NCBI GenBank assembly: GCA_964187785.1
Contig: OZ076420.1
Span: 7,502,001-7,566,000, forward strand
Length of the DNA stretch: 64,000 nt
Source: Amphiscolops sp. MND2022
Lineage: Eukaryota
Direction of reading: 5' to 3'
This document shows positions 23,400-34,498 of this stretch, piece after piece (the stretch's first letter is position 1; each line of letters begins with the position of its first letter). Position numbers and translations under genes: made by a program. Under the pieces are notes generated by a model. That model saw nothing but the letters and a program-made list of their open reading frames with translations. It was not told the DNA's origin and searched no databases.

Positions 23400-25250
23400 C
23401 ACGTAGTTTTCTCCTTGCTCAATCATTAATAAATACAGTCCACTGATTGGATAATAGTTTCAGTATTCTTCGCTCTTGTTGAGCTTCGTGGATTCCGATA
23501 TGAAATTTCCACTTTGTCGCAGTCCTTTCCATGCATTAGGTTGAATTTGTCAATTTCTTGGAGTCTGAATTGGTTGCATATTCTGCAGTTATATGGGAGT
23601 TAGATAGGAAGTGATGAACAGCAGTTTCTTCTGAAGCACCACAAAAACAAAAAGTGATGCATTTTGTTCATTTTCCAGGCGTAATCAGCCAAGAAGAAAT
23701 CCCAGAACAAGTTGAGAGATCTTGTTTGCTTCTTATTCGGAGCAGTTTAAAAAGGGGTAAAGTGATTGAAGGTCGGTGTCGCCTCTACCAACCTCATGTT
23801 ATCTACCGTGTTAAATGTGTATTCCTTCGGTATAAGTTTCGCAAATCTTCTATAATGGCTTTTCAAAAGCCTAGTAACACTTTTTGTCGTTTTAGAGTAG
23901 AAGCATGGGCTGAAATGAGAGAGTTCACAAGCTAGTTTGACTTTAATATGAAACTTGACATTAATACATGCACTCAAAAAAGGTGGAACTCTCAGTACCA
24001 CTTGACAACTTTCAAGATTCGGCGAAAAACTATGCTTGAGAACCGTTCCGATGAAATCATTTTGTACTAATTGCAACCTGCAGCGATGATTTTCAAACGA
24101 GGTCGGGAAGGCATATAAAATGAGGAGAAGAACTGCTGTCTTCTAGAGCAGAGTTGAAATATGCTGCTCCACTTTCGGTTTGCTTTTTCAGCTGCTGCTT
24201 TTGAGATTGAGATGAATTGTGGCTCCCAGTGATTAATGGTATCTCTTGATTTGACAGGGATCACCATTCAGCATAGGGGGTTTAATATCACTTGCGTCGC
24301 AATTGAAAAGTATAGTTCCTGTCTTCATGCCGTTTACTACCGTTCAACATTGTTCCACATCAGTTCAATACTGACCAAGCTTTCTCGTCAGATCGTTCAC
24401 AGTGACACCGGTGACAACAATCGAGCTGTCGTCTGCGAGTTTGAACCAGCAGTCTTCGTTCATCAGGAAGCCATCAGGAAATTTGAAAAAAGTATCCCCA
24501 AACAGTACGCCCATGTTATCAGGAAAAATGTCAGATCTATATTCCCCTATTTCAATAAAAACCGCTCGGTTTCTCAAGAAAGTCTCCAAAATTTGAAACA
24601 TTCAACCAGCAATAATGTAGTTCCTTAGCTGGTAGAGAAGTCCAATTATCCAGACGCTGTTGAAAATCATTTCTAAGTCTATAGTAAGCAAGGGTTTACA
24701 AAGTTTCTATATTTTAGCTCGTTCCAGCAACAGGTGAATCCTGGACAGTGATCGCACTGTATTTTTTTCGATCTGACGCCTCCTAGTTCTTCACTAATGA
24801 TGTGCGAGTGAAGATTCTTGTTGTTTTTATTGGCCAAAATTCGTTGAAGGAGTTTACCAAAGTCACTGGAAATGGACCAAATTCGGAAAGATGAACAGTC
24901 GTCGTATCTCTTTATTCGACTTGCAGACGAAGAAAACTCGAGAATCTGTCCAAGGCCATGATGCAGTTTAACTGCAGTTGTTGAAAGTTTGGAGAAGAAC
25001 TTCTCGAGCCTTTCATCCCATATTTTTTGCTGCTGTCAGATACAGTGATATCCTTCTCGACAAATTCAACGAACTCCTCTTCAGAAGACTGTTTTGAGCG
25101 ATGTAGCCGCAGAGAAAGTCTACATTTTAGGTACAAACTTCGCTCTCCGTGTCCAGAAGTTCCTCCTGTGTCCTGTTCCTTATTAACCCAAATTCTTCCA
25201 TTTTCTTGTTGAGTAAGCGTTTAGAAATGCACAAAAGTCTCTCTCTACTT
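23400..25250 (-). pseudogene. Highly degenerate CR1-like reverse transcriptase relic
   Basis: Fragments DFQQRLDN (cf. DFSKAFD) and FPDNMGVLFG...CWFKLADDS (cf. VPQGSVLGP...FADD) in the expected order. Confidence 0.5.
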
Positions 25251-25309
25251 ATTAACTATGCGACATTAGTGATTGACAATTGGACCCTTTCGAGAAACTA
25301 AAACGTCCA

Positions 25310-26000
25310 CAATTGGCATTTTTTGGTGTTTTCTAGCTAGGTTCTCGAATCCCAGTCATACTATTTTGATGCCAATGCACATAGAGTACTCCAATATGGT
25401 GTAGAATAACTGCAGGAAATTTCGTTCGAACCGTTAGGACAGCATGTGAAAAAGTTTTGAAAAACTTCCAAAATTGGCTGTTTTTTGGTCATTTCCGGAC
25501 TACTTCCGGCTGTTTCTAGAATCCCAGCAATACAAATTTGATACAATTGCACATATAGGAATCTGATATGATTTAGAATGCCTGTAAAAGTTTTCGTTCG
25601 AATCGTATAGACAGTTTTCGAAAAATGTAAAAAATTCACAATTGGCCGTTTTTTTGTAACGTTTAAGCTACTTTTGGATACGTTCCCCAAATCCCAGCCA
25701 TACGATTTCTCAGCCATTACATGTATAGGACTCTAATTTGGCGTAGAAAGACAATAGGAAAATCGTTCGAATCGTACGGACAGTTTCGAGAAAGTTGGAA
25801 AAGGTCCCAGTTTTGTCTTTTTGGTCATTCCGGGGCTGCTTTTGGCTATGTACCTCAAATCCCAGCAAAACGAGTTCATTGCCATTGTATATATAAGACT
25901 CTGATATGGTGTAGAACGACTGTAGGAAACTTCGTTCGACTCGGTTCTACAGTTTTTTGAAAATAAAGAAAAAATCTTATTTGGCTATTTCTTGGTCACT
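25310..26000. repeat. Diverged tandem repeat, ~170-bp unit, ~4 copies; one extra unit at 26540-26660
   Basis: atcccag anchors at 25349, 25521, 25691 and 25859 (spacing 172/170/168), each followed by tcgttcga..cg. Confidence 0.8.
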
Positions 26001-26059
26001 TTGGGGGTATTTCTGCCTTTGTTTCGCAATTCTCATTGTAACGGCTGCTTGCCTTTACC

Positions 26060-29000
26060 CTGCGCTGAGGCTTGACAAACTTTACGCCGCCCTGATCCGT
26101 TGCTCAGTACTGTGGACGGTTACTAAACAAATCCTGGTTTTCTTGTTTTAAAGGACTGTATCTTTTGGCTGTTCCGATGTTACCCGTAGGATCTCCTGCG
26201 ATTCCTCTTTGCACTTGTTGGGATCCGATGTGATCCGTCACACACCTGTCTCATTGAATTTTCACACGCTTCGGGTCTCCACCTAAGTGAGTAGCTACTT
26301 AGTCGCTCTGGCTCTAGCGAAAAGTTGTGAAGATTGACAAGTGGATTACTCAGTCTCTTGGTACTAAGACCCAATTGACTATAGCAAATCAGTCGTGACA
26401 AACTCTATCTAGTAATGGTATAAATCTGGTGTACAATTCTACTGTAAATATAAGACCAAATATGTGGTTTATATATACCACATTTAAGTGAATTATTGAA
26501 ATTATTGGCTATGTAAACAAGCAATGTTTGACATTTGGTCACTTTTGGCTATGTATCTCAAATCCCAGCAAAACGATTTTGTTGCCATTGCTCATATATG
26601 CTTCTGGTACGATGTAGAAGGACTGTAGAAAATTTCGTTCGACTCGTTCCAACAGTTCTGAATCATAAAAGTTGTTGGATGTAATCAAACAATGTGGTGG
26701 TTTTGGCATGTTAGTTGGGTGGCTCGAAAGCATGTTTACACAAAATAGGTATCAATAATTTCAACAGAATAACATTCTGAAGTGGTCATAAGGGTATTAA
26801 ACAAAGTTTACATTTGCGGTTCAAAGATTTTGGGCATCACACACGTGGGAGGTAACGGGAGTTATAGAAGAAGAATGACCTTGAAACGTACCCGCAGTGT
26901 TTGTGTTAAGTATCTGCTAAGGTGTGCAAAGTGTCAAGTCTCTATACTTAATTGTTCTTGAGAAAACTCCGACGGGGAGGGGGCCGGTACTTTTGTCACA
27001 ATTGATATTTCTTCAAATTTCCTAAGTGTTTCAGTCTTGTTTCTCAGCCAGCATGTTCACAATCGACTTTCTGCTGATGACTGACGCCAACCAAGTCGGC
27101 GCTGTTTTTTCCCGGGAAACACTTTCATAGATTATGGATGCCAGTCTCTCTACTGGTCTTTTGAGTTTGTCATCAATCGTTGTTGTCTCTCTGAGAACTT
27201 CGGGTTCATTGTCAAGTTTGCCAGTTGTTTGCTGTGTTCTTTCTCTGCTCCAACCCTTTTCCTGCCCATAATTCAGTTCGCTGACCATAAGCTTGTTTGC
27301 CGCAGATTCAAATAACTCATTGAAATGTTTCCATAAAACTGTTTTCTCATTTGGAGTGATAGTTTTGTCATTTATGCCAAACTTCAGCATCAATGTCCAT
27401 TATTCATTGAATTCAATCTATTGCTTTTCTTTTGAAACATTGAAATATATGATACAAAAATGTGTCAGTTCAGTTAACTCAGCTTCCATGATTACTTCAA
27501 AATCCAAAAACTAGATTTCCATGTAAGTCGACAATGTCTCCAACCAGTTTCTCAATACTTTATGTGATACCGGATTCCTCGTCGAAGTTGACTGACCATG
27601 GGGGAGACATGTCAACAAAAGTTCTTTCTTTACTCTTTCCACAAACTTCTAATGGATCCAGCCTTTTTGAAACGTCGTTGAATTATCCATCATCATATTC
27701 AGCAGATAAAGAGAATTTTCCAAATTACGGCAACTGAAGAATTGGTGCTTTGATTTCAGTTGCTGCGCTACATTTTGATCTTTGATAACAGGCCATTCGT
27801 TTTCCATAGTTACGTTTTCCGTGATTTCCCCAGTAACTGCAACGCTGTGGAATTTCGCTACCGCTTCTGTTTGTTGAAAGTCACCCAGCTTCTCTCACCA
27901 CGAAAGTCCAACTTCTTATCTCTGAGTTTCTCACGACTCCGTATTATCATCAGGGACTTCCAATGTAACATAACACTATATCGAGTCCACATTGTCTTGA
28001 ACGGTGCAGCTGGACCATTGCAAGACCGGTTGCTCCAACTTGCTGCTGTTGGTACATTTAAAGAACACATTTGGGTTCTTGTCACTGCTGAGTGTCCCTG
28101 AAATCACGTAGCCAAATTTGTCATCGTGTAACCCATTCTCGTTCAACTGAGCTCTTTCCTCCTTTTCGTGTAACAGCTTCCAGGTAGGGTCAATATTCCA
28201 AGATCTTTTTCTCTGTTGCTTGCGGTGGCCGTTGCTTAATTGAGTTTTGTCAATGCCGTTAGCCTGTGCCACTGCGTCCATCCTAGAGCATCCATTACCA
28301 TTCCAATGATTTCATATAGTTATATCACTCGGAATAGTTCTTCAACAAGGCCTACCTTGAAGTCGAAATCAGCTTTTTTTCCACAAGGTGCATTCAAGGT
28401 TTGTATTTCACTTTTGGTATTGCCTTCCACAAGTTTCCCATGTTCCATTGCAACGCAGTATAGCTTTTGATACATGGCTTTTTCATTCCAATCGTCTTGT
28501 AGCGCAAGTTGTTGCTCATGTACAATTTGAAAACAATAGTTTTCTTCTTCAATGAATATATTACCAACGTAAACCATCGTCATTCGGAAAAGTTTTCCGT
28601 GTTCTACGTGCTGTAGTGCCGTGGTACCTTCTGTAGTACTCTCTTGCAGCAGTTCATATTGCACATTCAATTCTTCGAAGTTTGCCTGCTTGTTGCGTAG
28701 CTAAGCTTCTATGCTCTTGTCTTATTTCCGTCATTGTGTAATTCACTATCTCGTCTGTTTGTACTATCGAACGCTCACTCATGACAAAGTGAAATTCTTC
28801 TTCCAAAAAATGTTTGGTATCCACGAGGAGGGTTTCTGAACGGAAGTCAAGCCGACCATTGTCTGCAAAAATGAATGTTTCTGACCAATTCTGTATACAT
28901 TCCGCTGTGTGGAGCTTCGAGACTCCTTAGATTGCAAGATTCACTATTGCTTGTGATGTTGCTCCTTGTGAGCACACTCCGTTTTCAGCTTTTGTTTTCC

Positions 29001-29530
29001 CCTCCATCATTTTGAACGGTGGCTTCTGTAGATATAGTTGGTTGCACTGGGGTTTTAAGTCCCTTGCTTGCGCTGATCGTACTGCATTCACTGATTTTGT
29101 TACGGACGTTTGCGGGTGTACAATTGACACGTTATTGGCCTCATCTACGTTTTCAGCTGTTACCGTCTCGTCCATACATCCTGCGTCTCCCGTGAAACTG
29201 TTGACTGGTGAAGTTTTTCGGAAGCTAGTCCCCTGACTGCTCGACGCTTCGCTAATTCTCTTTCTATATCAGCTATTCTAGCGTTGTGGACAAGCTCTTC
29301 ATGCAAACCGGCTATTTCTCTTTGCAATGCTTCGCGCTTCCTCTTTTAGAGCTTTTGGAGCTTTTGCTTCCAAATATACAACTCGTCTAGCACTTGAAGT
29401 TTTCGAAATCACTGAGCTTTTGTTGCTTCTGGTTTCAACCAGTTGTGAATCTTTGCCCAGTTCCTCTATTTTTAATGATCCAGGCTTGCTTCTTTGGTCT
29501 TGGAATTCATCCGGTTTCTGATCCTCAGCT
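26060..29530 (-). mobile_element. Degenerate, internally deleted BEL/Pao LTR-retrotransposon relic (copy A) plus its conserved 3' block
   Basis: Gag N-terminus SSVISKTSSARR..LEAKA; KFGYVISGTL (cf. BEL LGWxxSGPL); RNase H-like fragment near 27100; homologous to 56390-59750 and 60717-64000. Confidence 0.65.
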
Positions 29531-29579
29531 TTCTCTATTGCTTGAAAAACCAGTCGATCTTCATTAGACTCCTTCGAGT

Positions 29580-32500
29580 CTTCCTAAAAACAAGCAAAAT
29601 AAAGCAAAACAAGCGAGGTATTACAACACCCCAGAACCACCCTCTCTCACACAAAAAAACTAAACGTTTCCATTCAAACTTTCTAAGAAGAACTTGACAT
29701 ATATAAAAAGACTTAAACGACAACCCCCCCCTACCGCTAAATAAAAGTCTTTTTTTTTGATGAGAAATGTTCCTTACCTATATAACCCACAGGATTTCTC
29801 CTGAAGTGAATGAAAATGTGAAAAACTCGAAACACTTCTTAATCTGATCAGGGACTGAAATTTTGATTGGTAGTCTAGAAAATCAATGTTAAAAATCTGA
29901 AGAACCGAACAATTCTTTTGACTCCAAAAACTGATATCCATAATGAACCCTAAATTCATTTCCCTATTGAAAACAAAAACAAACAACTGTAAATAACAAA
30001 ACTACATGGAACAACATTTGATTACATTATTCAAACATCAAAAAAGAATCCAAATGTACATGGAGTTACATTGAAAAATAATACATGCGACAATATCAAA
30101 AAGGAATGTAATGTTAAGAGATGTTTGACAAAGTACTTCAGATGATTGTTATGCGGCTTTTACTACGTTACAAAGTAGGATTACATGCTTTTCCTCCAGG
30201 CTGTAGCCGGCGTCTTTGAATCGTTTTGCTACCTCTTTGAAAGAGATGTTTTTTTTCCAAACCCAAGAAAATTTTAACAGCCTCCTGGACAACATTTGGT
30301 GGCTGCGGTTTCCTAAATGTGGTAAGACTTTTTGCATTAGATTTACTCCTTGCTTCCGGTTTTCCCGCTCTTTTAGTTGACTCTTCCGGTGGCACGTCGA
30401 ATTGTTTGGATGGCACGTCGAAACTTTCGTAGACTTTCTCCCGATACCCAGTCCAGACTAAGCGAAGTCTTGATCTGTCTTTTTTTGAATTTGAAAGAGC
30501 TGCGTAGCAGGTTTCGTTCCTTGCCCCTTATCCCCCTGTGCCCTTTGGCATGTATAAAGATGTTTCGGACCATACCGCCATAAATTACACAATGCTTGGG
30601 AGGATCAGGCTTCTCGGAACCTGCTGAATGGAATTTTTCAAATCAAATTGAATGAAGATATTCTGATAAATGCAATTTCCATTGACTTCTTGTTTTGAAG
30701 ATTTGAAGATGCCAGAACTTGAAGTTGTCAGAGTTTGGAAAATGTCAGAATTTTGCGCATGTAGTTTTCATTCCGGGAATTTCAATTTAGTTATAATTCG
30801 ATTTTCGTTGAGGAAAGTTCTAAAATGCAAAGATGTCAGAATTTCTTGCCTGTCATTTTCTTATTTATTGCCACTCAACAGCAACTGAAACAAAATTACT
30901 TAATGAAATCACTAAAGCCAAGTTATACGTTGGGGCAGGGGTCCGCAAAAATTCATGGAAAAATTTTTTTACAATTTGCAACGCAAAAATCAAAAACCAT
31001 GACTTTTAATAATTGAATTAAGTTCTATTCCATATTATTTTTGCGTGATTATGTTTTTTATTACATGCAAATAAATGGTACTTACTAGTGATAGTTTTTA
31101 TAAAGTTTGTGATATGTTATGACGAATGTACACTTGGATGCAATGGCAAGTGTGTTTTCGAACAAATAGTCATTTTAAGTCATTTCCAATGTGGCAACTT
31201 GAAATCGCATGAATGTAGACTTGACATTAGAAATATACAATTATTGGAAAACATAAAAATCAAATTTTCAAAAACGGCAAAAAAGGATTTTCGAATAGTA
31301 AAGTTTTATACTGCCGAGAAGAGATTCTTATAGGCGCCTGTTTGTCTGCTCAATCGAGACTCATAAGAAGGGAAAGCGCGGGAAACAAAATCTCACGAAA
31401 ACTATCATGTCAGCCATCAGAGGCGAGCAAAACTTTGACGGAAAACCCTGAACAACGATCATTCGCCAAATGATCTAATCAATCACACACTCCTCTGTAA
31501 TTTTATCTGCCCTCTCTCCCTTTCTACGTCTGTTCTCTCTCTATATCCAACAGGTATTTTCCAGTGATTTTTGCGGACCCCTGCTACAACGAATAACTTA
31601 GCTTCACTGATTTCATCAAATAACTTTAATTCTATTTCGAATTAGAACCAACTTGAAAGTCCCGGAATGAAACTTACAGTCGCAAAATTCTGACATCTTC
31701 AAATCTCAGCCATTGGTTTGACCATCCGAAAACTCATTTCGTTTTTTCAAGTGAAATTTAGATAGGTATCAGAAATTATTCAAAAAATGGCCCAATAAAA
31801 TTATCCGAAGTTATTCAGAATCTCTTGTTTCGAAAAAAAGGAAGTCAATGGAATTAGAATTTAATAAAACATCTTCATTCAACTTGTTTTGATTTAATTT
31901 TTTCCATTCAGCAGGTTCCGGGACGACTGATCGTCCCGAGCAATGTTTCATCTGCGGCGGTATGTTCCGAGACATCTTCAAACATACCAAAGGGCACAGG
32001 TGATAACTGGCAAGCTACGAAAGCTGCCACGCAGCTATTTTAAGTTTTAAGAAACGACGGATCAAGACTTCGCTTAGTCTGAACTGGGTATCGGGAGAAA
32101 GTCCTTGGAACGTTCGACGTGCCACACAAACAAATCGACGTATCACCGGAAGAGTCACTCAAAAGAGCGGGAAAACAGAAAGGAAGGAGCTGATCTTTTG
32201 CAGGAAGTCTTACCTCATTTAGGGTACCATACCCGCCAAAGATTGCCCAGGAGGCAGCTAAGGTTTTCCTGGGTTTGAAAAAGATATATCTCCCCCAAAA
32301 ATGTAGCAAAACGACCCAAAGACGCTGGCTACCGCCTGGAGGAAAAGCATGTAATCCTATGTTATAACGCAGTAAAATCCGCTTATTACAATCACATGAA
32401 GACTCCGTCAAAAAGTTTTTTTAAATCATTGCACACCCTTTTTTGATATTGTTGCATGTATTTTGTTTCATTGTACCCCCGTGTAGTTTTGTTATTTTGT

Positions 32501-32973
32501 TCTTTCTTTATTATTAAAAACTTTCTTGTTGTATTTTTTTGTATTTTCGTCCTTGTTTTGTTATATTCTGATGTTTGTTTTTATTTTTGTTACGGAAATG
32601 AGTTAAGGGTTCATTATGGAAATCGGTTTTTAGAGTCAAAATAATTGTTTGGTTTCTCAGATTATTCAAATTGATCTTCTAGGTTAGAGTCAAAATTTCA
32701 GTCCCCGATCAGATTTAAAGAAGTGTTTAGAATTTCTTACAATTTCATTAATTTCAGGAGAAATCCTGTGGTTTATTCAGGTAAAAACATTTTCTTCAAT
32801 AAAATTGACTTTTATTTAGCGGGGGAGGGGTTATCTTGTCGCTCAGGTCTATTTATATTTCTCAAGTACTTCTTAGATATTCTGCATGGAAAAGTTTTTT
32901 TGTGTGTGTGGGAGGGGGCTGGGGTGTTGTATTATGTTGCTTGTTTTCCTTTAGTTTGCTTGTCTTTAGGAAG
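29580..32973. repeat. Long imperfect inverted repeat: arms 29580-~30965 and ~31553-32973, each with a C2H2-finger pseudo-exon; ~590-bp spacer
   Basis: Collinear reverse-complement blocks throughout (e.g. ggggtccgcaaaa / tttgcggacccc; aagacttcgcttagtctg; gggttcattatgga); the right arm encodes CFICGGMFRDIFKHTKGH and the left CVIYGGMVRNIFIHAKGH. Confidence 0.85.
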
Positions 32974-33747
32974 ATTTCCTTCATCTCAAATAAAAACTGG
33001 TGGCCCAAATGAACTTATCCTATCCGACTTGAATCTCTCAATTAGCTGGGAATTTAGGGGGTAACGTTTCCAAGGATTTCCGTAGTTTTGGGAAAGCCTA
33101 TTTGCTTAGACAAAAGTATCCAATTTTAGTGAAATACTTTTTTACCACGTTCAACTTTTTAGAAACATCTTAGAGAAATTTAGAAGCTTAGGTAAAACCA
33201 TTGCGAATTTCTAACTTGAATCAATTTGAAAATTAAACCAGGGCAACTTAATGTTGTTTCGACTTTCAAGAATTCAGTTCTTTTCAAGCGAAACCTAGAA
33301 GACTGAATAGAAGCATCGGAATAAAATTAAAAAGGAATAAGGGAACAAATTCATATCTGACTTATGAACAATACAGATGTAATACCATTTCAATGTATTT
33401 TTTACCAGCTTTTAGCCATTGCTGTGTAAGTATTGTTATGACTTTCAATGTGTAGAAGCGTTGATAGACAAGTCACAGCTAGATAGAAGCTCTCAAACGC
33501 GCGGCCAAGTTAACAAAGCATCCTAACAAAGCAAAAACGCCTAACTTGACATGCGGTCAAACCTTTGTTTGGGTGGATGGAATTCTTTCAAACTTTGTCT
33601 AGGGCGTTTTTTGGCATACTGAGATATGCTCCAGTTTTTTCGCCAATATTATACGACCTGCTATTGCTACGCAGCCAGAGGCCAAGGTAATGGTCAAGTA
33701 AACCCCCCGTAGAAGCTAAATTGGCCGTACGCTTTATAGCTTACAGA

Positions 33748-33940
33748 NNNNNNNNNNNNNNNNNNNNNNNNNNNNNNNNNNNNNNNNNNNNNNNNNNNNN
33801 NNNNNNNNNNNNNNNNNNNNNNNNNNNNNNNNNNNNNNNNNNNNNNNNNNNNNNNNNNNNNNNNNNNNNNNNNNNNNNNNNNNNNNNNNNNNNNNNNNNN
33901 NNNNNNNNNNNNNNNNNNNNNNNNNNNNNNNNNNNNNNNN
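33748..33940. other. N run (193 nt), gap or masked (TAGA)n-like repeat
   Basis: The right flank contains tagatagata repeats. Confidence 0.8.
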
Positions 33941-34431
33941 TAGATTTATATGTTCAGATTTTATAGATGTTTAGATTAAGAGATAGATAGATAAAACCAT
34001 CAATATGAAATAGAACTAGATAGATAAGTTGATGTTGGAAACTTGTTCGAATTTTTCAGAAACGCAAAATTTTCCTCACAACACAGTCTTTTGAGTTTGG
34101 ACATTCTTTTACGAAATTTTCAAGCAAAACTTCTGACCGTATTTAGCGCGTTTCGAGTTTTAGTTGAAGTGCACCACGTTTTTCTATTTTTCTAAGAGTG
34201 GTTTCAAGTTTGATAAATGGCCAAACATGATTGACAGCAATTAGACGTCTTTAAATATCGTGGCCACATTAAGCTGTTACCATAGTTTGTTTTTTAAATT
34301 CAAGTTGTTGAGTCAAAACAGCTATCTTTAAAACCATAAGTGTACATTCCACATTGCTGATTTGACCAAAAGTACCACGACAGATACAAAACTTTCACAG
34401 TCTTGAAGAGACGTGTGCTGAGTCGAAGAAG

Positions 34432-34498
34432 ATGACGTCTGTAACAGCTTCCAAACGGAAAACTCTCCTACTCATTATCAGTTTGGTTTTTCTGGCAG
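34432..34498 (+). CDS. FN3 gene exon 1 (signal peptide)
   Basis: ATG, basic then hydrophobic stretch, CAG|GTACGT donor. Confidence 0.75.
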
